Of a stretch of DNA of 48,158 bases, positions 28,106 to 38,454 are shown in pieces. A program made the position numbers and the translations under genes. Source of the stretch: a bacterium (GTDB taxonomy: Bacteria > SZUA-182 > DTGQ01). Positions within the stretch are counted from its first letter, which is position 1, and each line of letters starts with the position of its first letter. The DNA lies in the NCBI GenBank assembly GCA_040752695.1, contig JBFMGO010000032.1, positions 1 through 48,158 of the forward strand. The letters run 5' to 3'. Under the pieces are notes generated by a model, which made no database searches, had not been told where the DNA came from, and was given only the letters and a program-made list of their open reading frames with translations.

Positions 28106-31090
28106 ATGAAAAAATTCCCCTTTTTTGCTTTCAACAGTTTATTATCCATGTTTTTTCTTTTCGCCATAGTCTTGGGTGCGGCATTTTGTCCGAAAGCAAC
28201 TGCCGCGAGTCAGCCGCAACTGGTCTGGTCAACTCCTCCCTGGTCTTTCGATTCCCCTTACGGAGTAGCAACAGACAAAAGCGGGAATATCTATGTGGCT
28301 GATACCTGTAACAACCACATTAAAAAACTGGACCAGAGTGGCACACTCCTGGCCATATGGGGAACTGAAGGTTCGGATGATGGCCAATTCTCCTCACCTC
28401 GTGGAATAGCGCTGGACAAAAACGGGACTATCTATGTGGCTGATACCAATAACCACCGTATCCAGAAGCTTGATTCTCAAGGGAACTTCGTGACTAAAAT
28501 CGGAATCGAGGGCGTTGAAAAAGGCAGGTTCCTCGCACCCTTCGGAGTAGCGGTAGACGAAAGCGGGAATATTTTTGTAGCTGATACCGGTAATCACCGC
28601 ATCCAGCAGTTTGACCCTAATGGCACATTTGTGGCTACATGGGGAAGCTATGGCCAGGGAAACGGCCAGTTCAACATGCCCTATGGAATAGCGCTGGATA
28701 AAAGCGGATATATTTATGTAGCTGATACCAATAATCACCGCATTCAGCAGTTTGACCTTAATGGCTCCTTTGTGGCTACATGGGGAAGCTATGGCCAGGA
28801 AAACGGAAAGCTCAGACAACCGAGTGGAATAGCGCTGGACAAAGACCGGAATATCTATGTGGCTGATAGTGTTAACGACCGCATCCAGAAACTGAATCCT
28901 GACGGGACATGGGAAAGTTGGGGATCAAACAATTCTGTTGATCTGCAATTCCAGTACCCCTGTGGAATAGCCATAGATGAAAGCGGGAATATCTATGTGG
29001 CCGATAGTGACAACGACCGCGTCTATAAACTGAACGCCGGAGGAGATTTCATAACCAAATGGGGAACCCCTGCCTCAGACGATGGCATGTTCCTTTTTCC
29101 CAACGGAGTAGCAACTGATGACAGCGGAAACATCTTTATAACTGACACTGATAATCACCGCATCCAGAAACTGGACGCTGAAGGAAACTTTCTGGCCAGA
29201 TGGGGAGATTTTGGCACAGGCGATGGCCAATTCTCCATACCTCACGCATTAACAATAGACTCTAGCAGCGGGAATATCTATGTGGCCGATACCGGCAATC
29301 ACCGCATCCAGAAACTGGACGCTCAAGGGAATTTCCTGGCCAAATGGGGGACTGAGGGTTCAGATAATGGCCAATTCTCCTTACCTCGCGGAATTGCAAT
29401 AGACTCTAGCAGCGGGAATATCTATGTGGCCGATACCGGCAATCACCGCATCCAGAAACTGGACGCTGAGGGCAATTTCCTGGCCAAATGGGGAAGTTTG
29501 GGTGAAGGGGTCGGCCAATTCTCCTCACCCTGGGCAATAGCGCTGGACAAAAGCGGGAATATCTATGTGGCCGATACTGGCAATCACCGCATCCAGAAAC
29601 TGGATGCTGAGGGCAATTTCCTGGCCAAATGGGGAAGTTTGGGTGAAGGGGTCGGCCAATTATCCTCGCCACACGGAATAGCGATAGAAAACGGCGGGAA
29701 CATCTATGTGACTGATACTGATAACAACCGCATCCAGAAACTGGACGCTCAAGGGAACTTCCTGGCCGAATGGGGAAGTTATGGTTGCGGTGATAATGAA
29801 TTCCACACTCCCAGTGGAATAGCCATCGATAAAAGCGAAAATATCTATGTGGCAGATTCTCACAACAAGCGCATCAAAAAATTTACCTGGACTGAACCAA
29901 AATCACCACCCTCCTCTGGTGAATCGGAAGTGCCGCCCTCGCCTTCTCCTGGTGAACCGGAGGTGCCACCCTTTCCTGGTGAGTCGGAAGTGCCGCCCTC
30001 GCCTGATATCGAGATCCTCCCCGGAACCTGCGATTTTGGTACCGTTGAGATCGGCAGCAGTGAAACCATATTCTTGACCATTATCAATGCTGGTGATGCA
30101 GATCTTTTCCTAGATAATTTTTCCTTGCCAAACGTAGATTCTGAAGTGTTTCATATCAGCGATGATAATAATCTCTGTTCAGGCCGGACGCTCGCCCCAT
30201 CGCAAAGCTGCACGGTCGAGATACAATTTTCCCCGACCACAGAAGGGAAAAAAAGTACAGAAATTACCATTGGATCCAACGACCCTGATGCAAATCCCCT
30301 CACTGTTCAACTTACCGGAGAAGGGGCCATAGTTGCATCTCCTGCACCCAGGATTTCAGTCTCTCCCACAAGCATCGCCTTTGGGGGTATAAAAACCGGT
30401 AGTGAAAAAGCCGAAATTCTGACTATTCAAAACACCGGCGATGCAGATCTTTTCATAGAGAATTTTTTCTTTTCAGACGTAGATTCTGAAGTGTTTCATA
30501 TCAGCGACGATAATAATCTCTGTTCAGGCCGGACGCTCGCCCCATCGCAAAGCTGCACGGTCGAGATACAATTTTCCCCGACCACAGAAGGGAAAAAAAG
30601 TGCCGGCCTGGTCATCAGATCAAATGATTCTGATACTACCCTTCTCACTGTTCCTCTCACCGGAGAAGGGCTGGCAGGTATCCCTGATATCTCCATTTCT
30701 CCTGAAACCTGTGACCTTGGAACTGTCGAAATTTACAAAACAAAAACCCTTATCCTGACTATTCGTAACACTGGCGATGCGGACCTTGAGATAGGGGAAA
30801 TCTCTTTTACAGCCGATAATGATGCCGAAGAGTACAGTATCAGCAATGAGTTTTCCATCAGCGATGATCTTTGTTCAAATCAGACGATTAAACCAGATGC
30901 GAGTTGCGAGGTTAAAATACAATTAGCTCCAACTTCGGAAGGAGCAAAGAGTGCAGAACTGACCGTCCGCTCCAATGATCCGGATGAAAGCGCTCTGCCC
31001 GTTCCGCTTACCGGCATGGCATCTTCGCAACTATATACGAATTTCACCTTTGAAAAGAAAAGAGGCTGCTTTATCACTACGGTCTGGTAA
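28106..31090 (+). CDS. Secreted protein: 12 NHL repeats, Pro-rich linker, three Ig-like (choice-of-anchor D/ASPM-like) domains, C-terminal GCFI motif
   Basis: Signal peptide; twelve F-x-x-P-x-G-I-A-x-D..IYVADTxNHRIQK repeats; PPSP/GE repeats; three DFG..I.N.GDADL...C.V.I.F.PT.EG.K...I.SND...V.LTG domains; ends KKRGCFITTVW. Confidence 0.9.
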   Translation: MKKFPFFAFNSLLSMFFLFAIVLGAAFCPKATAASQPQLVWSTPPWSFDSPYGVATDKSGNIYVADTCNNHIKKLDQSGTLLAIWGTEGSDDGQFSSPRGIALDKNGTIYVADTNNHRIQKLDSQGNFVTKIGIEGVEKGRFLAPFGVAVDESGNIFVADTGNHRIQQFDPNGTFVATWGSYGQGNGQFNMPYGIALDKSGYIYVADTNNHRIQQFDLNGSFVATWGSYGQENGKLRQPSGIALDKDRNIYVADSVNDRIQKLNPDGTWESWGSNNSVDLQFQYPCGIAIDESGNIYVADSDNDRVYKLNAGGDFITKWGTPASDDGMFLFPNGVATDDSGNIFITDTDNHRIQKLDAEGNFLARWGDFGTGDGQFSIPHALTIDSSSGNIYVADTGNHRIQKLDAQGNFLAKWGTEGSDNGQFSLPRGIAIDSSSGNIYVADTGNHRIQKLDAEGNFLAKWGSLGEGVGQFSSPWAIALDKSGNIYVADTGNHRIQKLDAEGNFLAKWGSLGEGVGQLSSPHGIAIENGGNIYVTDTDNNRIQKLDAQGNFLAEWGSYGCGDNEFHTPSGIAIDKSENIYVADSHNKRIKKFTWTEPKSPPSSGESEVPPSPSPGEPEVPPFPGESEVPPSPDIEILPGTCDFGTVEIGSSETIFLTIINAGDADLFLDNFSLPNVDSEVFHISDDNNLCSGRTLAPSQSCTVEIQFSPTTEGKKSTEITIGSNDPDANPLTVQLTGEGAIVASPAPRISVSPTSIAFGGIKTGSEKAEILTIQNTGDADLFIENFFFSDVDSEVFHISDDNNLCSGRTLAPSQSCTVEIQFSPTTEGKKSAGLVIRSNDSDTTLLTVPLTGEGLAGIPDISISPETCDLGTVEIYKTKTLILTIRNTGDADLEIGEISFTADNDAEEYSISNEFSISDDLCSNQTIKPDASCEVKIQLAPTSEGAKSAELTVRSNDPDESALPVPLTGMASSQLYTNFTFEKKRGCFITTVW
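30132..30601. repeat. 125-bp near-identical intragenic duplication (30132-30256 vs 30477-30601)
   Basis: Offset 345 nt (one Ig domain); a single synonymous T/C difference seen. Confidence 0.9.
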
Positions 31091-31152
31091 GGGATTGTTT
31101 TCTTGTGTCTTATTTTTCGGGATCAGATCGGCCAAAATGAAAGAAATGGATC

Positions 31153-31173
31153 GGGTGGGGCAAAGCCCCACCC
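31153..31173. terminator. GC-rich hairpin between the convergent NHL and cohesin genes
   Basis: GGGTGGGGC-AAA-GCCCCACCC perfect 9-bp stem. Confidence 0.65.
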
Positions 31174-31256
31174 CCTGTTATAAAGGAGTCTTCCAGCGGC
31201 AGAAGATCAATGAGAGATCTCAGAGAAAGACTGCGCATTTGATCCTGCGGGAGAAA

Positions 31257-32825
31257 TTAAAACCACCAGAGAGGAAGAGTGCCGTGAGCAAGTGTTCCTG
31301 ATGTGGAAGCGGTTGCGGAAGCATCTGTCGTACTACCGGCAGTAATTGTCGCATCGGCGGCAGTTGTCGCATCCAAAGTAGCAACTGGAATCGGATCCAG
31401 ACAGGAAGGAATTCCCAGATATTTTCTAAAGATACACAGTGCATCAGCAGGAGTGACCTCACCATCCTCATTTGCATCCATGCATCGTGTGCACTCTCCA
31501 GTGCCCAAATAACATTTGAAGGTCAGCTTTGCATCGGCAGGAGTTACGGCCCCATCTCCGTTAACATCGCCGTTACAGGGCGGGAAAATGGTTACACAGC
31601 CGCCGGAGGCTGACCAATTTGCTATATCATCCTTCAAAGCAGTCGGCCTGAGCGGGTAGCTGCAATTTTCCTGTCCACCGATGATCAAAAAGGTAACATA
31701 AGCGATATCGCCATCAGTACCTGCCGCAATGCCGCCCTGGTCAAATCCGCCGATGCGGCCACGGCCAGGTTCGACAAGGACACCTTCAAAAAAGTTAAAC
31801 GGCTGGGTCAATGGTCCTTTCTCAACCTTGACGAGCTCAAGCACATGAGGATTAAAGACAAGGTCGAATCCAAAACTATACACCTGGTTCGGAGTATTGT
31901 GAATGCGTACCGGTACCGTAACCTGATCTCCGATACTTCCTTTCCCATTACCAATATCAAGATTACCATCGTCTCCCATAATGCATTGAGCACACAACTC
32001 AGGAGCTTCGAAGTTGAATAAATCATACTGACCGTCTCCGAGGTCCACAACGATTACTAAAGATTGGCCAGCGGTAAGAACCTGGTCAACATCTTTTGCT
32101 GGTGTTGCCTGGTTATAAGCCAGCGTTGTGTTCGCTCTGACGGTACCATCAGCACTGGAGGTGAAGACGTCAAAAAAGGAGTAGAGGGAAGCATCGGGGC
32201 CCTTAATAGTATTTTCTATCGTGAGAGTATATGGATCAAGAGCACCATCAACAACACCCACATATACGCCATGGATGGTAACCGGGGCTGCCTCTCCTTG
32301 AAGTTGATAATCGCCGTCCGCCCACCTGTTCGGGTTATCCCTGTTTACCGCTATACGAGCGGCCTGATAATTGCCCAGGGCTATGCGAGGTCTGAATAAG
32401 CCATCTTCCAGAGGGAAAAATTCAACTCTCGTACTCACTGTTGGGATGTAGGATCCAAGAGGGATACCATTCTCATCGGTCCACCATGCAGCAAGGATTT
32501 TTGCATCATAGGCATATTGACCCGATGGCAGTGACCTGACCGTAAAACAGCAATCGCCGTAATCATTGGGTGGAACCGCACCATTCCACCATCTGAGAAC
32601 TGTTTGCATCTTTCCGCCGACCGAGCGGTGGTAATAGGTATGGCTGTGGAAATCCCACTCCGCCATCTCGGTAACTTCATAGTCACCATCAAGGATTTTC
32701 ACTACATCGTAGGCGGTAGCACCAGTTTTATTTTTGTTATGCTCGTTATGGGTCCAGGCAAATGAACAGAAAGAATAACTCATCACTATGCCCAGGCTCA
32801 TGATAAGGGTTAGTAGCTTTTTCAT
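31257..32825 (-). CDS. Secreted protein: unknown N-terminal domain + cohesin + dockerin + Thr/Ala-rich tail
   Basis: Signal peptide (..SFA/W). Cohesin-like GDQVTVPVRI..SFGFDLVFNPHVLE..G.I...F. Duplicated Ca-loop dockerin GDVNGDGAVTPADA / DANEDGEVTPADA. RBS AAGGAGG. Confidence 0.85.
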   Translation of the reverse strand: MKKLLTLIMSLGIVMSYSFCSFAWTHNEHNKNKTGATAYDVVKILDGDYEVTEMAEWDFHSHTYYHRSVGGKMQTVLRWWNGAVPPNDYGDCCFTVRSLPSGQYAYDAKILAAWWTDENGIPLGSYIPTVSTRVEFFPLEDGLFRPRIALGNYQAARIAVNRDNPNRWADGDYQLQGEAAPVTIHGVYVGVVDGALDPYTLTIENTIKGPDASLYSFFDVFTSSADGTVRANTTLAYNQATPAKDVDQVLTAGQSLVIVVDLGDGQYDLFNFEAPELCAQCIMGDDGNLDIGNGKGSIGDQVTVPVRIHNTPNQVYSFGFDLVFNPHVLELVKVEKGPLTQPFNFFEGVLVEPGRGRIGGFDQGGIAAGTDGDIAYVTFLIIGGQENCSYPLRPTALKDDIANWSASGGCVTIFPPCNGDVNGDGAVTPADAKLTFKCYLGTGECTRCMDANEDGEVTPADALCIFRKYLGIPSCLDPIPVATLDATTAADATITAGSTTDASATASTSGTLAHGTLPLWWF

Positions 32826-33233
32826 GATGTATCTCCTCCTTAACCACTCAATACATAATCAGGTAAATAATATGCTTTTCAGTAAAAAAACTTCGATTGA
32901 TAAGGCAATAGAACTTTTTATATCCTTAATGCATGTCTGACTGCCCTGTTGGGCCGTTATTTCAACACAGGGGGAGCTCTTGTCATTGTACTTTTCCTTT
33001 TTGCCGGAGTTGTATCCAAAAATTCCCTTTAAAAAATTGCAACGTGTTACTATTTCTACAATAGTTAAGGGACAAAGAAGGTCTGGTCTTATTCAGCAAA
33101 ATGACGATCAATGATCAAGGAATCAATGAACGTACGATTGATCGGATATCATGAGGAGTGCGTCATACTATGTTCGCTTCATATCGATATATGCTTATTC
33201 AACAGGATAAAACGTTATCTTATGATAATGAAT

Positions 33234-33250
33234 TGCATATTATGTGCCAA
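33234..33250 (-). promoter_or_regulatory. sigma54 promoter oriented toward the cohesin-dockerin gene
   Basis: Minus strand TTGGCACATAATATGCA = GG-N10-GC with a consensus TGGCAC -24 box. Confidence 0.7.
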
Positions 33251-33576
33251 ATTTAACATTGTATATGGCAAGAGGAACTTGGATGCCATCCATCCATTCT
33301 TTTGGCGAAATCAGAATAAATTATAGTAATATAAAGAATAAAGACATAAAATTTTATTATGCATTACAGGAGGCTTTTTCCCTCCGCCACAAAAGACATA
33401 TGGCGGAAAGCTTAATCCAGGCGCTTATGCAGGCGGACGGCAGTCTTTTGGTGTAAACGAAATCATTTCGGCGTAAACGTTATTAACAAGAGAACAGACC
33501 ATCGAGCACAACTTTTCAATCGCAGCGGTGATTATCCCCAAAAATTCCGAAAAAACAGCGACAGGCTTCCTTTCCA

Positions 33577-33605
33577 TTGACTCCCCTCTCTATGAGTGAT
33601 AAAAT
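33577..33605 (+). promoter_or_regulatory. sigma70 promoter of carAB
   Basis: TTGACT-N17-TAAAAT, about 70 nt before carA. Confidence 0.7.
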
Positions 33606-33675
33606 TTTGTAATTTTGGGTACAATCACATTGTTGTTATCAACTTCTTAACTTTATGAGTATTTTAGGGTGTAAC

Positions 33676-34911
33676 ATGGTTAAAAAGGGAATAATTGTGC
33701 TGGAGGATGGCACAGTATATCAGGGGAAATCGTTCGGATATCCTGGAGAGCAGGCAGGGGAGATCGTCTTTAATACAGGAATGGCAGGCTACCAGGAAAT
33801 ATTGACAGACCCATCGTACAAGGGGCAGATTGTAGTCATGACCTATCCCCTGATCGGAAACTATGGAATCAATTTCCTGGATCAGGAGTCGGGAAAGCCC
33901 CAGGTTTCCGGGTTCATTGTCAAAGAAAACAGTCCAATTTCCCATAACTGGAGGTCGGAAGCTTCTCTTTCCTCATACTTGAATGAGCACCACATTATCG
34001 GCATTGAAGGTGTGGATACACGGGCTCTTACCCGGCGTATCCGGCTTAAAGGTGCCATGAGAGCCATCATTTCCGCCCAGGGCCAGAACGTCCCCGATTT
34101 ACTGGCCAGAGTGCAGGCAGCACCCTGCATGGCCGGGCAGGACCTTGTGCAGGAAGTAACCTGCCGGGAGTCTTATGCATATCGCAAGAGGTCCGGGGGC
34201 GACAATGAGCCGAATTGGCACGAATACCTTCCTGAGCGTCAGGATGAGGCAGGGGGGAAGACTGATACGATACATACGGCGACTGCGGCAGCAGGCCGAA
34301 TACGAGATGACGATGACTGCCCTTTTCGGAGCCGCTACCGGGTGGTAGCCATGGACTTTGGGGTGAAAGAGAATATTCTGCGTCAATTGACCGGCGCCGG
34401 GTTCGATGTGCAGGTAGTGCCTGCGCATTTTACAGCAGAACAGGTTCTGGCTCTCAAGCCGGACGGGGTATTTCTTTCCAATGGTCCCGGCGACCCTGCG
34501 GCGGTCGGGTATGCCATAGATACGGTAAAAGAGCTCCTACACCGGGTGCCTGTCTTTGGGATTTGCCTTGGGCATCAGATTATGGGCCTTGCGCTGGGAG
34601 GAAAGACCTTCAAGTTAAAGTTCGGGCACAGGGGCTGTAACCATCCGGTAAAGGATCTGACCACCGGCAGAGTCGAGATTACCTCACAGAATCATGGTTT
34701 TTGTGTAGACATTGATTCTTTAAAGTCTCAGGACATCATCATTACCCATATCAATCTCAACGATCAAACCCTCGAAGGGATGCAGCACACAAGCTTGCCG
34801 CTCTTTTCCGTGCAGTATCACCCCGAAGCGTCCCCCGGCCCGCACGATTCTCATTACCTCTTTAAGCGGTTTTATAAAATGGTCCAGGCAACGCAACAAA
34901 CCAGGGCATAA
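33676..34911 (+). CDS. carA: Carbamoyl-phosphate synthase small subunit
   Basis: [54 protein letters not shown]. Start 33676 or 33655. Confidence 0.97.
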   Translation: MVKKGIIVLEDGTVYQGKSFGYPGEQAGEIVFNTGMAGYQEILTDPSYKGQIVVMTYPLIGNYGINFLDQESGKPQVSGFIVKENSPISHNWRSEASLSSYLNEHHIIGIEGVDTRALTRRIRLKGAMRAIISAQGQNVPDLLARVQAAPCMAGQDLVQEVTCRESYAYRKRSGGDNEPNWHEYLPERQDEAGGKTDTIHTATAAAGRIRDDDDCPFRSRYRVVAMDFGVKENILRQLTGAGFDVQVVPAHFTAEQVLALKPDGVFLSNGPGDPAAVGYAIDTVKELLHRVPVFGICLGHQIMGLALGGKTFKLKFGHRGCNHPVKDLTTGRVEITSQNHGFCVDIDSLKSQDIIITHINLNDQTLEGMQHTSLPLFSVQYHPEASPGPHDSHYLFKRFYKMVQATQQTRA

Positions 34912-34968
34912 AAACAAGACTGAAAAAACAATAGCATCGCACAGGAGTATCTTGGGAAAATTACAAAA

Positions 34969-37900
34969 ATGCCAAAAAGAACCGATATCCGTAAGATTAT
35001 GATCATAGGCTCAGGGCCGATTGTCATCGGCCAGGCCTGTGAGTTCGACTATTCCGGAACTCAAGCCTGCAAGGCTTTGAAGGAGGAAGGATACGAAGTT
35101 GTTTTACTCAATAGTAACCCGGCTACCATCATGACTGATCCGGAAATTGTGGATCAGACCTATATCGAGCCGATTACTCCGGAGATTCTGGAAAAAATCC
35201 TGGACCGAGAGCGCCCGGATGCGCTGCTGCCTACCCTGGGGGGGCAAACTTCCCTCAATGTGGCGGTCAAAGCCTATGAAATGGGCATCCTGGAACGCTA
35301 TCGGGTCCAGATGATCGGAGCCAACTACGAGGCGATCAAAAGGGCCGAGGAGCGCGAGCAGTTTAAGCAGGCCATGATCGAAATCGGGCTGGATCTGCCC
35401 TTAAGCGGTATGGCTCACAGTCTTGCGGAAGCCCGCAAGATTGTTCAGGATTTTCCCTTCCCGGTGATTATCCGGCCAAGCTTCACCCTGGGCGGAACCG
35501 GCGGCGGAATCGTCTACAACCGGGAGGAATTTGAGAGCCAGGTAGCCAGAGGGCTCGAGTTGAGCATGACCAGAGAAGTTCTGATTGAAGAGTCGGTCAT
35601 CGGCTGGAAGGAATATGAGCTGGAAGTCATGCGAGACCGCAAGGATAACGTGGTTATCATCTGCTCGATTGAAAATATGGACCCCATGGGGGTTCATACC
35701 GGCGACAGCATCACGGTGGCACCGGCCCAGACCCTGACTGACAAGGAGTATCAGCGCATGCGCGACGCCGCGATCCGGGTCATGCGCAAGATCGGCGTGG
35801 AGACCGGAGGCTCCAATGTCCAGTTTGCCATTGATCCGAAAAACGGAAGGATGGTCATTATCGAGATGAACCCCCGCGTATCCCGAAGCTCTGCGCTGGC
35901 TTCCAAGGCAACGGGCTTTCCCATTGCCAAGATTGCGGCCAAATTGGCTATCGGCTATACTCTCGATGAGATCCCCAACGATATCACCCGGCAAACCCCG
36001 GCCTGTTTCGAGCCTACCATCGATTACTGCGTCGTGAAAATCCCCCGCTTTACCTTTGAAAAATTCCCGGAAACCGAAGCAGTTCTTGGCGTATCCATGA
36101 AGTCCGTGGGAGAGGCTATGGCCATCGGAAGGACCTTCAAGGAGGCCCTGCAAAAAGGTTTGCGCTCCATGGAGATCGGCCGCTTTGGCCTGGGAATGGA
36201 TGGCAGGGAAGAGTGCGGCAAGGGGTATGATGACATATGCCCCGCCTCTTTGGAAGAATACCGGAAACAGCGGGCAGAAAGGTACTCGAAAGAGGATCTG
36301 ATCAATATCCGTCAGCAGTTGCGCACCCCCAATCCTGCCCGGATCTTTTACCTGCGGCATGCCTTTCTGGCCGGAATGCCGATCGATGAAGTTTATCAGT
36401 TGACCTATATCGATCCATGGTTTTTGGCCAACATTCAGCAGATTCTGGAGATGGAGGGGGAGATATACATCAACCGGGAAAAGATGCACCAAAATATCAG
36501 CCTCTTCGAAGGGCAGAAAGATCTTCCGGCTCGCGGCGGGAAGGAAGCCCGCAAGAAACTGATCTGGCAGGACGAGCAGGACGGGGACGGTGAGCAGGAG
36601 GGAAATCCCGATCCGGAAAAGATGTGTCAGACACTCGTGCGAAGAGCCAAAGAATATGGTTTTTCGGATTTTCAACTGGCCCGGATACTGAAAAAAGACG
36701 AGCGGCTCATCCGCCATTGGCGCAAAGCCCTGGGGGTTGAGCCTGTTTACAAACTGGTGGACACCTGCGCCGCTGAATTCGAAGCCTATACGCCTTACTA
36801 TTACTCCACCTACGAGCAGGAGGACGAGATCCGGGTCACCACAAAACGAAAGGTCATGATCCTGGGGGGCGGCCCCAACCGCATCGGCCAGGGGATCGAA
36901 TTCGATTACTGCTGTGTACATGCCTCTTTTGCCCTGCGGGAGGAGGGATATGAAAGCATCATGGTCAATTGTAATCCCGAAACAGTCAGTACGGATTACG
37001 ATACCTCGGACAAGCTCTACTTTGAGCCTCTGACCTGCGAGGATGTGCTTTCCATCATCGACAAGGAAAAACCCGAAGGAGTGATCCTGCAATTTGGTGG
37101 GCAGACCCCCTTGAATCTCTCCGCTGCTCTTGAGGCCGAAGGAGTGCCTATCCTGGGGACCAGTTGCGCGAGCATCGATCAGGCTGAAGACCGGGAGAAG
37201 TTCAAGCAGACCCTGAACAAGCTGGGCCTGATTCAGCCGGACAATGCCACAGCTTTCTCTTTGGAGGAAGCTCAGAAGGTGGCACGCAAAATCGGCTACC
37301 CGGTGGTAGTGCGGCCTTCCTACGTTCTGGGAGGCAGGGCCATGAAGATTATCTACGATGAGCCATCCCTGGCAGAGTTCATCCAATTGGCCCAGGATGT
37401 CTCGCCCGGTCACCCGATCCTGATCGATAAATACCTCGAAGATGCCATCGAGGTGGATGTGGATGCAGTCTCCGACGGGCAGACCACCTACATCGGCGGC
37501 ATTATGGAACATATCGAGGAAGCGGGTATCCACTCCGGCGACAGTGCCTGCGTCCTTCCCCCCTATACCCTTTCCGACGAGATCATCAAGGTTATCAATG
37601 AAAATACCAGAACTCTGGCCCTTGAGCTGAAGATCAAAGGATTACTCAATATCCAGTATGCCATCAAAAATGATCAGGTTTACATTCTGGAAGTAAATCC
37701 AAGAGCTTCCCGCACCGTTCCCTTTGTCAGCAAAGTTACCAATGTGCCTCTGGCCAAGGTGGCTACCCGGATTATGCTGGGAAAGACCCTGGCCGAACTT
37801 GGGCTCGATAAGGAAAAGGAGCTGGATTATGTCGGGGTCAAGGAGGCTGTTTTCCCCTTTAACCGCTTTCCGGGCGTGGACACTCTTCTTGGCCCCGAAA

Positions 37901-38415
37901 TGAAATCTACGGGCGAAGTCATGGGCATTGACACCAGTTTCGGTGTTGCCTTTGCCAAGGCCGAACTGGCTGCCGGCAGCAAAGTGCCCTTCAGAGGCAA
38001 GGTCTTTGTCAGCGTCAAGAATAAAGATAAAAGGACCATCCTGTTCATCGTGAAAAAACTGGTCGATCTGGGATTCACCATTGTGGCCACCAATGGAACG
38101 GCACGGGCGCTGCGAAAAAGTGATGTCGACGTCGAGCATGTCTATAAAATGCACGAAGGCCGGCCCAATATCATGGATATGGTCAAGAACGGGGAAATTC
38201 AACTCATCATTAATACTCCAAGCGGCGCCAGACCCTGGGAGGATGGACTCTATATACGTGCGGCAGCGCTGGCCTATGACATACCGATCATCACTACCAC
38301 ATCCGGTGCAGCAGCTATGGTCAATGGAATCGAAGCACTGCTCAAACGGGGCCTGAGTGTAAAATCTCTGCAAAATTACTATAGCCAGGGCCAAGGTCAG
38401 GGTCAGGGGAAATAG
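34969..38415 (+). CDS. carB: Carbamoyl-phosphate synthase large subunit
   Basis: [64 protein letters not shown]-terminal MGS domain. Confidence 0.98.
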   Translation: MPKRTDIRKIMIIGSGPIVIGQACEFDYSGTQACKALKEEGYEVVLLNSNPATIMTDPEIVDQTYIEPITPEILEKILDRERPDALLPTLGGQTSLNVAVKAYEMGILERYRVQMIGANYEAIKRAEEREQFKQAMIEIGLDLPLSGMAHSLAEARKIVQDFPFPVIIRPSFTLGGTGGGIVYNREEFESQVARGLELSMTREVLIEESVIGWKEYELEVMRDRKDNVVIICSIENMDPMGVHTGDSITVAPAQTLTDKEYQRMRDAAIRVMRKIGVETGGSNVQFAIDPKNGRMVIIEMNPRVSRSSALASKATGFPIAKIAAKLAIGYTLDEIPNDITRQTPACFEPTIDYCVVKIPRFTFEKFPETEAVLGVSMKSVGEAMAIGRTFKEALQKGLRSMEIGRFGLGMDGREECGKGYDDICPASLEEYRKQRAERYSKEDLINIRQQLRTPNPARIFYLRHAFLAGMPIDEVYQLTYIDPWFLANIQQILEMEGEIYINREKMHQNISLFEGQKDLPARGGKEARKKLIWQDEQDGDGEQEGNPDPEKMCQTLVRRAKEYGFSDFQLARILKKDERLIRHWRKALGVEPVYKLVDTCAAEFEAYTPYYYSTYEQEDEIRVTTKRKVMILGGGPNRIGQGIEFDYCCVHASFALREEGYESIMVNCNPETVSTDYDTSDKLYFEPLTCEDVLSIIDKEKPEGVILQFGGQTPLNLSAALEAEGVPILGTSCASIDQAEDREKFKQTLNKLGLIQPDNATAFSLEEAQKVARKIGYPVVVRPSYVLGGRAMKIIYDEPSLAEFIQLAQDVSPGHPILIDKYLEDAIEVDVDAVSDGQTTYIGGIMEHIEEAGIHSGDSACVLPPYTLSDEIIKVINENTRTLALELKIKGLLNIQYAIKNDQVYILEVNPRASRTVPFVSKVTNVPLAKVATRIMLGKTLAELGLDKEKELDYVGVKEAVFPFNRFPGVDTLLGPEMKSTGEVMGIDTSFGVAFAKAELAAGSKVPFRGKVFVSVKNKDKRTILFIVKKLVDLGFTIVATNGTARALRKSDVDVEHVYKMHEGRPNIMDMVKNGEIQLIINTPSGARPWEDGLYIRAAALAYDIPIITTTSGAAAMVNGIEALLKRGLSVKSLQNYYSQGQGQGQGK

Positions 38416-38445
38416 TCAACGTAAGAAGAAAATAGTCAACGTAAG
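38410..38445. repeat. Tandem duplication (period 20 bp) spanning the carB stop codon
   Basis: AAATAGTCAACGTAAG at 38410 and 38430; the second copy runs into the AGGAGG of sppA. Confidence 0.85.
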
Positions 38446-38454
38446 GAGGATAGG

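Noticed and set aside
30132..30601. Possible DGR template/variable repeat pair
   Set aside because: Both copies are in frame within one gene, the single difference is a synonymous T/C, and there is no reverse transcriptase in the window.
35401..37533. 710-aa antisense ORF (likewise 25159-26388, 5584-6567, 3642-4541, 22362-23270, 15507-16208)
   Set aside because: Shadow ORFs opposite well-conserved genes (carB, fhs, nifA-like, amt, ygiQ, lepA), with no recognisable motifs.
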